Of a stretch of DNA of 28,266 bases, positions 1-9,172 are shown piece after piece. Position numbers and translations under genes: made by a program. The stretch comes from Candidatus Hadarchaeota archaeon (lineage in GTDB: Archaea > CAYQAE01 > CAYVLA01), in assembly GCA_964452145.1 (NCBI GenBank), contig CAYVLA010000037.1, forward strand, positions 1-28,266. The letters run 5' to 3'. The stretch's first letter is position 1. Each line of letters begins with the position of its first letter. The notes beneath the pieces were generated by a model. That model was not told the origin of the DNA. It ran no database searches and worked only from the letters and a program-made list of their open reading frames with translations.

Positions 1-1
1 C

Positions 2-817
2 GAGATCTACATGTCCAGTCAGGCCTGGCAGGGCAGGCCCCCAACAAACGTCTTCTACGAGAACCTTGGCCGGGGCTTCGCCAGGATAACCCGGGGGACC
101 GGGCTCGACGGCGAGACCCACTCCAGCTTCTTCGGGGACTTCGACGGGGACGGTGACTACGACTTCTTCGGAGTCGACGCCAACTCAGATGGCAATAAGG
201 CCTACTACAGAAACCTGGGAAACCGGTTCAAGGAGGTGTCCGGCCAGGTGGGGGCCTTCGGGCCGAAGGAGCTCGTCCATGGAATGGACTGCGCTGACTT
301 CGATCTGGATGGTGACCTTGATGTCCTGCTCACCGGCAAGGGGCGGACAATTCTGCTGGCAAACCGGGGCGATGGAACATTTGAGGATGTCACCGACAAG
401 GTCGGCCTGGACATTGACTTCGGAGATCCGAAAGCTGTCTGCTTCTTCGACTACGACAACGACGGTGATCTTGACATCTACATCGTCGTGGCGAGCGGGG
501 CAAACGTTTTGCTGGAATCGCGTGGGAACCAAAACAACTGGATCAAGATAAGCCTAGAAGGAACCCAGAGCAACAGAGACGGGATCGGCGCAAGGCTTGA
601 AGTCATCTCGGGCGACAGAACTCAATACAGGGAGGTCCCATCCGGTCGCGGCCACATTCACGATCCGATCGAACAGGTTTTCGGCCTAGCCAGCCAACCC
701 AAAGTCGATCTGGTCAGAGTCGTGTGGCCCGATGGACACGTTCAGGAAGTAAGGGATCTCCCCATCAATGCCAGAGTACTCATCAAGCAGGGCGCGGGTT
801 GGATGCAACTAGGTTAG
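2..817 (+). CDS. ASPIC/UnbV (CRTAC1-like) protein with FG-GAP-type calcium-binding repeats; C-terminal portion, 5' end lies outside the window
   Basis: The frame is open from the first base of the window. There are repeated DxDxDGxxD motifs (FDGDGDYDFFG, FDLDGDLDVLL, FDYDNDGDLDIYIV). A C-terminal UnbV_ASPIC-like segment follows (NWIKISLEGTQSNRDGIGARLEV...VVWPDGHVQEV). Stop at 815-817. Confidence 0.7.
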   Translation, partial: EIYMSSQAWQGRPPTNVFYENLGRGFARITRGTGLDGETHSSFFGDFDGDGDYDFFGVDANSDGNKAYYRNLGNRFKEVSGQVGAFGPKELVHGMDCADFDLDGDLDVLLTGKGRTILLANRGDGTFEDVTDKVGLDIDFGDPKAVCFFDYDNDGDLDIYIVVASGANVLLESRGNQNNWIKISLEGTQSNRDGIGARLEVISGDRTQYREVPSGRGHIHDPIEQVFGLASQPKVDLVRVVWPDGHVQEVRDLPINARVLIKQGAGWMQLG

Positions 818-1251
818 GTTAGGCCGGGCCGCCATCCGTCGGATCGGTCCGTGACGTGAGATCCTCCACATTCCTAACCAACGGAGCGTTCGTGCTATCT
901 GGCGGGATTGATGGGCAGCCTCCGGTTGCCTACCGGCAGTGTCGGGAGACGGATCCATACAAGGATTGCCAGGTCCCGCGGTCCCGCGGGGTCTACACGC
1001 TCGAGGCCGATGGCAGATTTCACGGGAACACAGGGAGGGGGGATTGTGTTTGGGGGGATTGAGAAAGAATTAGCGCTCCCTGCATGCCCTTCGTGTCTGC
1101 TTGGTCTCAGGCCCCGCCCATAGAAGAAGTCCCTTGCTTAAAATACTTACCTACAACGGTACCTCTCAGTCAGCGGAAGTCAAGCAAATCCGCAGGGTCT
1201 CATTGCCACATTGGCACGCCCAATCCAACCGGAACTACTCAGCAAGTGCCT

Positions 1252-1767
1252 CTACTTGCCACGGAAGCGTTCGAGCGCTGGACATCCGATATATGCCTGT
1301 TTGCAGTGCTTGCAGGCCAAGCATCCTCTGACGAACCAGTTACCACCGGTTGAGAGGACCAATAGCAGAACGAGCAAGACGGTAATGCCCCAGTCGAATG
1401 ACCCGGCTAGGAGGAGCATGCCCGCGCCGAGGGGAATCAGGAACACCAGGAAGTCGGGCATGATCTCAATCCACGTCACCTCTTTGAACTTGAAGCGGTC
1501 CGGCTTACCTCTTCTGAGGAAAACGGCGCACAAGCGGCCCTTCCCAAAGGCACACCTTCTGCCATAGTAGTAACAGTCGGCGCAGTGCTTGAGGAGTTGT
1601 AGCTCGAGCAGAGCGATGTAGATGATATAGAGCGCAAGCCAGAGCGATCCGAACTGGTAGATCAGAGAAGCTCCAATGGCGTAGATCATCAATGCAACGA
1701 GACTGGATGTCAGCACGATTCGAATGGGGTAGTCTTCATAGGGGGCTGCCCCAGGGCCGGCCGTCAT
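1252..1767 (-). CDS. Cys-rich integral membrane protein of unknown function (about 4 TM segments)
   Basis: ATG at 1767. Hydrophobic segments: LVALMIYAIGASLIYQFGSLWLALYIIYIALL, FLVFLIPLGAGMLLLAG and ITVLLVLLLVLS. Two Cys clusters: CADCYYYGRRCAFGKGRLC and CLACKHCKQAYIGC. No family assignment possible from sequence alone. Confidence 0.45.
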   Translation of the reverse strand: MTAGPGAAPYEDYPIRIVLTSSLVALMIYAIGASLIYQFGSLWLALYIIYIALLELQLLKHCADCYYYGRRCAFGKGRLCAVFLRRGKPDRFKFKEVTWIEIMPDFLVFLIPLGAGMLLLAGSFDWGITVLLVLLLVLSTGGNWFVRGCLACKHCKQAYIGCPALERFRGK

Positions 1768-1947
1768 ACGAATCAGTTATCCGAGGAGGGGGGACATGCC
1801 TGATAAGTCATACTGAAGAACATGGGATCCTACGTCCCAACCCGGTTTCCGGTTTTCCGGGTTTCCGCTCGCTGCCGGTTGGCAAGTGATGGGTGTTAGA
1901 TGACCGAGAACAGAAGATATCCCCGAGTAGGCTGCGCGGGAATGATG

Positions 1948-2056
1948 TGGTGCTCCGACCGGGATTTGAACCCGGGTCTCGGGCTCGAATGGCCTCCGGA
2001 GAAGGAAAAGGCCCGAATGAAAGGCCTGAAGCATTTGACCCCTACACTATCGGAGC
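1948..2056 (-). tRNA. tRNA gene with encoded CCA. It is about 30 nt longer than a standard tRNA, so it probably contains intron(s); anticodon not resolved, CAU is one candidate.
   Basis: Reverse complement reads GCTCCGA...CCGGGTTCAAATCCCGG-TCGGAGC-A-CCA. This gives a perfect 7-bp acceptor stem (GCTCCGA/TCGGAGC), a canonical T-arm (CCGGG-TTCAAAT-CCCGG), discriminator A and a 3' CCA. U8, A9, G10, A14 and the GG of the D-loop are in place. Total length is 109 nt, which implies extra sequence in the D/anticodon region, and I could not fold a single clean cloverleaf. One fold has a GGCCU/GGGCC stem closing a UUCAUUC loop (anticodon CAU, but a pyrimidine at position 37). An alternative has a strong 7-bp helix (TTCGGGC/GCCCGAG) enclosing a 26-nt loop, consistent with an intron. 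Confidence 0.65.
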
Positions 2057-2077
2057 TTCCTGTTGTCCCGGGCAAAT

Positions 2078-2092
2078 GCTTAAATAAATCTT
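2078..2092 (-). promoter_or_regulatory. Archaeal-type TATA/BRE-like box upstream of the tRNA
   Basis: The minus strand reads AAAGATTTATTTAAGC. It ends about 23-25 nt upstream of tRNA position +1 (2056), which is the classic archaeal box A spacing. Confidence 0.5.
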
Positions 2093-2125
2093 TTCGGCTC
2101 TTCAGATCAGCTCCCGCCGAAGTAG

Positions 2126-4645
2126 CTATCTGATTCGAGCTCTTCTCAGAAGATTTGCATTCGTGACCACGGTAACCGACGAGCTGGCCATGGCCGCCTC
2201 GGCTATCACAGGATGAAGCAGACCCAGAAAGGCGAGGGGGATCGCGACCGTGTTGTAGGCGAAGGCCCAGAAGAGGTTCTGGCGAATCTTCTTGAAGATC
2301 TCCCTGGAGAGCTTCACCGCTGTCACAACGGACGAGAGGTCCCCGCGAACGAGCGTTACGTCGGATGATTCAATGGCTATGTCCGTGCCCGTGCCTATCG
2401 CGATCCCAACATCGGCCCTTGCCAGTGCCGGCGCATCGTTGATGCCATCTCCAACCATGGCAACCGGGCCCCTTCTGCGCGCCAAGCCTTCCACCTCTAA
2501 CGCCTTCTGCTGAGGCAGTACGTCCGCTATCACCTGGGAGATGCCGACCGATCGGGCTATGGCCTGAGCCGTCCTCTCGTTGTCCCCCGTTATCATCACA
2601 CACTCGATGCCCATGGACTGCAACTCCCGGATCACCTCCCTCGAATCCTCCTTCAATGCATCAGCGACGCCCAGAATGCCAGCTATCCTTCCATCCACCT
2701 CAACGACCATGGAGGTGGCAGCGTTCGACTCGATATCCTCCAATGGCTTCTGGGTGGATGGGGGAAGCGCGTCAAACATCTTCCTGCTGCCGATCACGAC
2801 GCTACGTGACCCGATCCTCGCCCGGATGCCTCGACCCGGCAGTGACTCGAATTCATCAGGAGTAGGGATCTCCAGGGCACGTCTCGTAGCGCCTTCGATC
2901 ACTGCCCGGCTGATGGGATGCTCCGAGCCCTTCTCTGCTGCCGCAGCCAATACGACCAACTCATCCTCAGGCATGTCCGAAACGCTACGGACATGGACCA
3001 GTTCGGGTTTGCCCTTGGTGATCGTACCAGTCTTGTCAAAGACGATGGTTCTGACCTGCTTCAAAACCTGGATCGCAGCGCCCTCCCGTATGAGAACCCC
3101 CTGTTCAGCCCCCATGCCACTCCCGACCATCAGCGCGGTCGGCGTTGCCAACCCGAGGGCACAGGGACAGGCGATTACCAGCACCGCTACCGTGGCAAAG
3201 ATGGCAAGGGTCAGCCTCGAGAGGCCCGGGTTAACCCAGGGAACGAAAGCCGCGCTCCACTCCAGAATCCCTGCCAGCCAGCCACCTGCCAGAATCCACG
3301 TGAGGAAGGTCGCCAAGGCCAGGACCAGAATCATCGGGACGAAGAAGGCAGTGATCCTATCTGCAAAAGCCTGAATGGGCACCTTCGTGCCCTGCGCATG
3401 CTCCACCAACTCCACGACCTGGGCCAGAAAGGTGTCCCTCCCAACCTTGGTTGCCCTGACCCTGACGAGCCCCGTCTGGTTTATCGTGGCTCCGATCACC
3501 CGATCCCCAGGGACCTTGCCCACCGGCATGGATTCGCCGGTCGCCATGGACTCATCAACCGTTGTCTCACCTTGGACGACGGTTCCATCGGTCGGGATCT
3601 TCTCGCCAGGCCTGACTATCATTTCGTCTCCGACGGAGAGATCCTCCACCGGGATCTCCAGTTCCTCTCCGGCCCGAACTACATGGGCCGTCTTAGCCCC
3701 GAGTTGCAGGAGTTTCCTGATGGCTTCGGAGGCTTTCCCTCTGGCCCTGGCCTCATAGTACCTTCCCGTCAGATGGAAGGACATGATCATCCCGGCGATT
3801 CCGGCGAAGCTCGCTATCGGCAACGCCAATGCCAGGGGTCCTGTGGCCAAGGATGCGAGCGTGCCCATAGTGATCAGGACATCCATGTTGGCCGAACGAT
3901 GGCGTACCATCCTCGCTGCCGAAAGCAGGGTCCGCCTGCCCGGAAGGGCCAGGACCAGAGCGCTGAGAGTCGTCAAGCCCAGCGTGAAGATCGTCATGTT
4001 TGGCAAGGCTAGGCCGAGCAGCATCTCGGGCATCATCCACCCGATGATCGGAATTGTCAGACCCCACGCAAGCAGCATGGATCGCCTGGCCTTGAGCAGC
4101 TTCTCCGATTCCTCCCTTATCGCCTTCTCTGCCCTCTCCTCGTCCGGACTCAGGGTACCGATGAGCTCGTAGCCGGCATCCTCGATGGACCTTCGCAGGT
4201 CCGGCAGGGTGACACGGGTCCCGTCATAGATCACAGTCGCCCTCTCCGTGGCCATGTTGACATTGGCCTCCGAAACGCCCGGAGTGGCTCTCAATGCTTT
4301 CTCAATGGTGCGGGCGCAGGAAGCGCAGGTCATCCCTCCCACCTTCAAGGTCACCGTCGGCTTCTCCTCGGGCACATCGTACCCAACACCCCTTATGACT
4401 TCAATCAGCATCCCTCTGTCCATCCTAGTAGGGTCGAACGAGACCACGGCCCTCTCGGTGGCCAGATTCACGTCGGCCTCAAGGACTCCCTCCCGGCCTT
4501 TCAGTGCTCTCTCTATGGTCTGGGCACACGAAGCACAGGTCATCCCTGATATGGATAGGACCACGGATACTTGGGAGCCCTTCTTTGGGCCTGCACTGGC
4601 ACCCTCGCCGACGTCCTGGTTGCCGGCGTCCTGGCTCATCAGCAT
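2126..4645 (-). CDS. copA: Copper-translocating P1B-type ATPase with two N-terminal HMA domains
   Basis: Two GMTCASCA metal-binding motifs. TGES actuator motif, CPC in [11 protein letters not shown], phosphorylation site [12 protein letters not shown] motif and [10 protein letters not shown] hinge. 839 aa. ATG at 4645, stop TAG at 2126-2128. Confidence 0.95.
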   Translation of the reverse strand: MLMSQDAGNQDVGEGASAGPKKGSQVSVVLSISGMTCASCAQTIERALKGREGVLEADVNLATERAVVSFDPTRMDRGMLIEVIRGVGYDVPEEKPTVTLKVGGMTCASCARTIEKALRATPGVSEANVNMATERATVIYDGTRVTLPDLRRSIEDAGYELIGTLSPDEERAEKAIREESEKLLKARRSMLLAWGLTIPIIGWMMPEMLLGLALPNMTIFTLGLTTLSALVLALPGRRTLLSAARMVRHRSANMDVLITMGTLASLATGPLALALPIASFAGIAGMIMSFHLTGRYYEARARGKASEAIRKLLQLGAKTAHVVRAGEELEIPVEDLSVGDEMIVRPGEKIPTDGTVVQGETTVDESMATGESMPVGKVPGDRVIGATINQTGLVRVRATKVGRDTFLAQVVELVEHAQGTKVPIQAFADRITAFFVPMILVLALATFLTWILAGGWLAGILEWSAAFVPWVNPGLSRLTLAIFATVAVLVIACPCALGLATPTALMVGSGMGAEQGVLIREGAAIQVLKQVRTIVFDKTGTITKGKPELVHVRSVSDMPEDELVVLAAAAEKGSEHPISRAVIEGATRRALEIPTPDEFESLPGRGIRARIGSRSVVIGSRKMFDALPPSTQKPLEDIESNAATSMVVEVDGRIAGILGVADALKEDSREVIRELQSMGIECVMITGDNERTAQAIARSVGISQVIADVLPQQKALEVEGLARRRGPVAMVGDGINDAPALARADVGIAIGTGTDIAIESSDVTLVRGDLSSVVTAVKLSREIFKKIRQNLFWAFAYNTVAIPLAFLGLLHPVIAEAAMASSSVTVVTNANLLRRARIR

Positions 4646-4814
4646 TCAGAAGATGCCAAGGCTGAAATACTATGTGGAAGGGGCATTGAGGTGACCTGAC
4701 TCGACAACGTGGCCGGGCAGCTCGGCCCGCAAGCGGAGCCCGAATCCGGGAAACAGTCAGGCTGAACATCCCACCCCATTGGTCGGGGGATCGTGGGCAA
4801 CTGGAAGAATGCTT

Positions 4815-5657
4815 TCAGGGAAGCTCGTGTGACGGGATGAGACCCTTTCCGGCCTTGATGCAGTTGACGCATTTGGCGTAGGCGATGAAGTTCTCAGATC
4901 CACATTGCATGCATCGCCTACGCGCGCCAACTGACAGGTGATATGTCATCACGCCGAACCCATCTGTGTCGATGATCTCGAAGCTGCCGGTCACGCCATA
5001 GGCTCCCGAGCGCGTCATCCTCTCAAGGTGACAGACATTGACGAACAGCGTGCCGCCTATCTCCTTGTGTCTGCAGCCGTCAGAGTGGCAGTGCGCATAG
5101 ATGTGGATTCTCGGCCTGAATTCGTCAACGAAGGCACGAAGGCCCAAGCTTCCGGCATGAAGCATGCCGTGGGCATCCCGGTAGGAGTGGAGCGGATATG
5201 CGGATCCGGCATCGAACACGCCAAGCGGGGCGTGGTGGGTAACTAGGATGGTCGAATCCCTCGTTCTGCCCCTTGTCCTCTCCTTCAAACGATAGTATCT
5301 TTGGGGATCCCATTCATCGTCGGTGAAATCGGTCCAAGCATCCTGCCCGATGAACGTCCATGCGCCAAGCATCACATCCTCACTTTCCAGGGCGAACGTT
5401 CCCGGGAGGGCGTTCACCCTTGCCTTGGATGCTCCGACCATGCCAGATGGGTAGTGCAGGCAATGGTTGCCGAGGACGTAGAGGATTGGCTTTCCGTAGT
5501 GAACCAGCGACTCAAAGATATCCACCATGCACCTGGGGCCCAGATCTCCGGCGGAGACGAAGACGTCCGGGACACAGTCAAGGTGGGCTAGCCTGTCCGC
5601 GAAGGCTCGGACAACCTGGGTGTTCTCGTGAGAGCCGGATAACGCAAGGATCTTCAT
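4815..5657 (-). CDS. Metallophosphoesterase (calcineurin-like) with a C-terminal CxxC...CxxC zinc-ribbon
   Basis: Motifs SAGDLG, VLGNHC, VTHHAP and YAHCHS. C-terminal CMQCGSENFIAYAKCVNC. Its ATG overlaps the stop of the upstream gene in an ATGA junction at 5654-5657. Confidence 0.8.
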   Translation of the reverse strand: MKILALSGSHENTQVVRAFADRLAHLDCVPDVFVSAGDLGPRCMVDIFESLVHYGKPILYVLGNHCLHYPSGMVGASKARVNALPGTFALESEDVMLGAWTFIGQDAWTDFTDDEWDPQRYYRLKERTRGRTRDSTILVTHHAPLGVFDAGSAYPLHSYRDAHGMLHAGSLGLRAFVDEFRPRIHIYAHCHSDGCRHKEIGGTLFVNVCHLERMTRSGAYGVTGSFEIIDTDGFGVMTYHLSVGARRRCMQCGSENFIAYAKCVNCIKAGKGLIPSHELP

Positions 5658-6439
5658 GTCTCTTTGACCAAGTACTGCAGAAGGTGCCTACGAGCCAACA
5701 GAATCCCATCGTACCTGTTTTCTGCCAGCCACACGCCCGAATGTGGCTCGATGTTGATGTCGCCTCGGTACTGGTGATGATAGAGAATCGCCATGATCGG
5801 GCCCCAGTCGATCTGATCAAGGCCCGCGGGTGGGTCCTCGAATCTCTTCCCGCCGATCATCACGCCCCCCTTGGCGTGAACGTGGCAGATCCGGGGACCC
5901 CAGTCTAGCATCTCCTTAAGGTAATCCCGGCCATCATAGAAGGCGTGGGACGGATCGTACTTGAGTCCCAGCTCTGGCAACTGAGGGAGCAAGTCGGTCC
6001 ACGCATCCGGTCCGAAGGCGAAATTGCCCCAGTGACAGTTGTATAGGGCGATTCTAACCCCCCGTTCCTTCCCGTAGTCTATGAGCTCGGCGAGGAATTC
6101 CAGGGCTCGCCAGCAGTTCTCCTCGAGGGGCCGGTTCTCTGCATGCCCGGCTCCGGTCACGAAACAGGGCGCACCTATGTCCTGGCAGAGGTCCACGATC
6201 ATCTTGGCGTCCGCAAGGTGGCGCCTGGCTTCGTTCTTGTCAGAGGATATGTAGTTGCGCCCGAACATGCCCAGCGTGGAGAACTCGATCTCGTATCTTG
6301 CCATGTGCTGCTTGACGACATCGAATCTCCGGACGGAATCGATGTTGTCTGAGAAGTTGTACTCCACGCAGGGAATCCCATTGTCGGCTGCGAACCTGAA
6401 GTCCGCCTCCGATAGATCCGTGATGAACCCGATGCGCAT
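5654..6439 (-). CDS. Sugar phosphate isomerase/epimerase (xylose-isomerase-like TIM barrel)
   Basis: 261 aa, typical length and composition for this TIM-barrel family; a GGAGG Shine-Dalgarno sits 7 nt upstream of the ATG at 6439. It is translationally coupled to the downstream phosphoesterase. Confidence 0.75.
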   Translation of the reverse strand: MRIGFITDLSEADFRFAADNGIPCVEYNFSDNIDSVRRFDVVKQHMARYEIEFSTLGMFGRNYISSDKNEARRHLADAKMIVDLCQDIGAPCFVTGAGHAENRPLEENCWRALEFLAELIDYGKERGVRIALYNCHWGNFAFGPDAWTDLLPQLPELGLKYDPSHAFYDGRDYLKEMLDWGPRICHVHAKGGVMIGGKRFEDPPAGLDQIDWGPIMAILYHHQYRGDINIEPHSGVWLAENRYDGILLARRHLLQYLVKET

Positions 6440-6573
6440 CCCATCGCCTCCGGTTTGCCCCGCCCGTGACTAACACAGCTGATAAACGTTGCGTGCGTTG
6501 ACCGACTACGAAGTGAGGCGTGGTCGGCTTATTGTTGACCGCATTGCCACGAACGGAGGACATCGCGAAGTCT

Positions 6574-8469
6574 CTAGTCCCTCTTGGATGCAAGGGCGGC
6601 AGCCCTGGTCACCAGATTCTTGATGGCCTTCAAGCTGGGGGGCCTGGAATGCCAGCCGTGCCACATTTCCCAGATCTCCTCAAGGACACTATTGTCGGGG
6701 TCGGGGTAGAGCTCCAGATACTCGTCGAGAGAGCTATCCATGTGGTTGGCGTATCTTCCCGCTGTGTTCAGGCACGCCCTCACGTATGCCCAGGCAGAGT
6801 AGAACAGGGCGTAGCCCAGGGCGTCGGCCAAGTTGGGAGTGTCGTAGGGAAGATACCCCTCGTTGGACGTTCTCCAACGGTCCATTTCGGCCTGGACCGA
6901 GGAGGGCTCGTGTGATGCCAAGTTGTGCCAGTTGCCTAGGTTGATGGCCTCGAGCATTCGGTCATCCGGCATGCGCGCTACATCTGCAAGCCTGAGGAGG
7001 AGGCTCTTTGCCGCCGGCTTATTCCTGCTCCCGGGTTGGGTCAGATCCACTTGCGCAAGGGCAGCCTTCGAGGGATACAGTTCGTTGTCCACGAGGCCTT
7101 GACGTGCGGCCTCCCTGAGGGTCATCATGAAGGTATCCATGTTCAGGATCTCGACCTCACTGGGCAAGGACTTGAGGTTCTCGACCAGATGATCCAGCAC
7201 CCCACGCGCAATCTGGACAAACGCGAAGATGAACAGGGGCCTCTCCCTGAGCGAAGTGGCCATGTTGGCGACTCTTCGGGCGCAGTCCTCTCCAACGTTA
7301 AGGACCAGAGATGAATGGACTTTCGGGGTCCCTTTGGGGTAACTTGTCGCGTAGACCGATCCCCCCAGCCCGCAGACCAGGCCGACCGGCTTGAGGATGC
7401 GTTTCTCGCGGTACACTGCCTGCGGGTTCTCAACCTCCCGCCACCAGAAATTTGTGTCCCAGTTGACCATATTGGCCACGATCTGACCGCTCAGATCCAT
7501 GTAGTGCTTTGAGTAGTGAAGATACCAGTCGTCATGGAGGAAGCTGTATGTATATCCAGCGCCCGAGGACGGGCAGACGAAGTAGTCCCGCTCCGTGGCG
7601 GTTTCGTAGTAGTACTCCAGCATACCGGGGGCGATGTCGTAGAGCAGAGGCAGTAGGCCCCAGTTGAAGGGGAGGCTTCCGCGCCCGCTGCTGAGCCAGT
7701 TGTTGCTCTGCAGGTTGTTCATGGCCCATATGGCGTCGCCGTCTGTCATGTAGAGGGTGAGGTAGATCTTCTTCTCGATTCCGTCAACCGGCTTAGGGGG
7801 CCTCTGCACGTATTTGGCTCTTACTGGTGGGATGCCCCCGTGGACGGTCAGATTTGGGGCATGGGCACTGCACAGAACGAAGAAGCCCTTCTTGGCCGCC
7901 CGGGCGACGTATTCTTTCTCTTGATCCCTGGCGCAGTGCCAGCCCATGAGAACCCCGGGGGATTCCAGATCCTCCAAGATCTGGTCGAAGAGCAGGTTCT
8001 CCTCCCTGTCGCGCCGTGCTGCGGAGAGATGGATGACCAAGGATCTGTTCGCGACCAGGTAGTCAATGATTCCTGTGCTGTTCTGAATCCAGTTCTTCCT
8101 CTTCCCCACACAAAGAGACCCTAGGATCCGCTTGTTGCACTTTGGCAGCAGTTCTTCCCTTGCCCATGAGTACGCCGAGATCCTGTCATCGAACTTGCCT
8201 TCAAGGTCCCTCCTCTGCTTCAGGCCGCAGGACTCAAGTTCTGAGGCAAGGTCGCCCGCAGCGGGTATCAGGTCTTCCAGGCCGGCTATGGTTACGGCGA
8301 GGTTTGCGGTGTCGGGGACCGACGTATCGAAGATGACGGTGCCCCGGGCAGCGTGTCCGTGGAGCCTGAGAAGATCCATCGGATCGCTGATGCGCTCGTT
8401 CGGAACTCCGAACTTCGCCCTGTAATACTCGAGCCAATGCTCGTCCCAGGGGCCCGTAATCTGGTACAT
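6574..8469 (-). CDS. GxGYxYP-family-like putative glycoside hydrolase
   Basis: Carries a GAGYTYSF motif (GxGYxY[S]) within CPSSGAGYTYSFLHDDWY. It is a large soluble protein with no signal peptide. The listed ORF extends to 8745, but those 92 N-terminal codons are R/P-rich, non-protein-like and overlap the next gene. The start was therefore placed at the internal ATG (MYQITGPWDEHW). Confidence 0.45.
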   Translation of the reverse strand: MYQITGPWDEHWLEYYRAKFGVPNERISDPMDLLRLHGHAARGTVIFDTSVPDTANLAVTIAGLEDLIPAAGDLASELESCGLKQRRDLEGKFDDRISAYSWAREELLPKCNKRILGSLCVGKRKNWIQNSTGIIDYLVANRSLVIHLSAARRDREENLLFDQILEDLESPGVLMGWHCARDQEKEYVARAAKKGFFVLCSAHAPNLTVHGGIPPVRAKYVQRPPKPVDGIEKKIYLTLYMTDGDAIWAMNNLQSNNWLSSGRGSLPFNWGLLPLLYDIAPGMLEYYYETATERDYFVCPSSGAGYTYSFLHDDWYLHYSKHYMDLSGQIVANMVNWDTNFWWREVENPQAVYREKRILKPVGLVCGLGGSVYATSYPKGTPKVHSSLVLNVGEDCARRVANMATSLRERPLFIFAFVQIARGVLDHLVENLKSLPSEVEILNMDTFMMTLREAARQGLVDNELYPSKAALAQVDLTQPGSRNKPAAKSLLLRLADVARMPDDRMLEAINLGNWHNLASHEPSSVQAEMDRWRTSNEGYLPYDTPNLADALGYALFYSAWAYVRACLNTAGRYANHMDSSLDEYLELYPDPDNSVLEEIWEMWHGWHSRPPSLKAIKNLVTRAAALASKRD

Positions 8470-8644
8470 CCGGGGCTCGGTCCGGTTGGTGAGTCCCTGG
8501 AGCGCGCCCAGAGCAAGCCTCTTCTCCCAGCTGAGGCCAGCCGGGCAGAAGACCTTCAGGTTCCTGGGTCTCGGGAAGGCGGGGAATATCCTTGGAAACG
8601 GCACGGAGATCCGGGCAACGCCGCCGGGGAGGTTGTTAACTGTT

Positions 8645-9166
8645 TCATGGCGTCGGAGGCCTCTGCCGGAGATCCTTGACGGCCTGCTCGAGGTCGTGCA
8701 CTCTGGAGGCCAGTTCCTCGGCATGTGCCGCAAGGTTCTCGGCAATCCTCGTCGCGCTCAGCGAGCTCTCCCCGATCGCCAGCAGCTTCTCGTTCAGTTC
8801 GCGCAGCTGCTTGGTATCCAGCTTGGGGTGGGGATTCCCCTCAAGCCTATGGGTCTCATTCAAGACAGAGGCTATCCCCGCAAAAGCCTTCGAGAGATCC
8901 GCGCCCAAGTGGCTAGAGTCGGCCTTCAGGCCCTTCAGCGTGTCCTTCATATCGCTGACGGAGCGGGATATCAAGCCCCGCCGCCCCTCAAGGGTCGCAA
9001 AGTCGAGCAGATCCCCCAGCCTGCTGGTCTCGGTCTTCGCGGCGGAAACCCTTCTCAAGACGAGGATGGACACCGCGACTGCAAGACCAGCCAAGACCGA
9101 TGATATCAACGCAACTGCGAAAACTGCGCCCTCGTTCATCTCGCGCGGTGGAGCGTGAAGCAGCAT
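8645..9166 (-). CDS. Membrane-anchored coiled-coil protein (hypothetical)
   Basis: N-terminal TM helix AVFAVALISSVLAGLAVAVSILVL, followed by heptad-like Leu/Glu/Lys-rich sequence. 6-nt gap to the upstream surface-protein gene. Confidence 0.5.
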   Translation of the reverse strand: MLLHAPPREMNEGAVFAVALISSVLAGLAVAVSILVLRRVSAAKTETSRLGDLLDFATLEGRRGLISRSVSDMKDTLKGLKADSSHLGADLSKAFAGIASVLNETHRLEGNPHPKLDTKQLRELNEKLLAIGESSLSATRIAENLAAHAEELASRVHDLEQAVKDLRQRPPTP

Positions 9167-9172
9167 TAAAAT

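Noticed and set aside
812-880. GGTTAGG ... CCTAACC 7-bp inverted arms 50 nt apart after the first gene
   Set aside because: The arms are too short and too far apart to call a terminator or hairpin. This is probably chance in GC-rich DNA.
1948-2056. Possibility that the long tRNA is tRNA-Sec (a UCA triplet occurs in the candidate loop region)
   Set aside because: The acceptor/T geometry is a standard 7/5, not 9/4 or 8/5. No 6-7-bp D-stem can be formed. The TCA triplet cannot be placed at positions 34-36 of any consistent anticodon stem.
2292-4694. Multiple 70-360-aa ORFs on the plus strand inside the copA locus (e.g. 2580-3374, 2918-4012, 4248-4694)
   Set aside because: All are antisense to a very well supported P-type ATPase gene. 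They are Arg/Pro/Ser/Ala-rich low-complexity translations typical of high-GC antisense frames.
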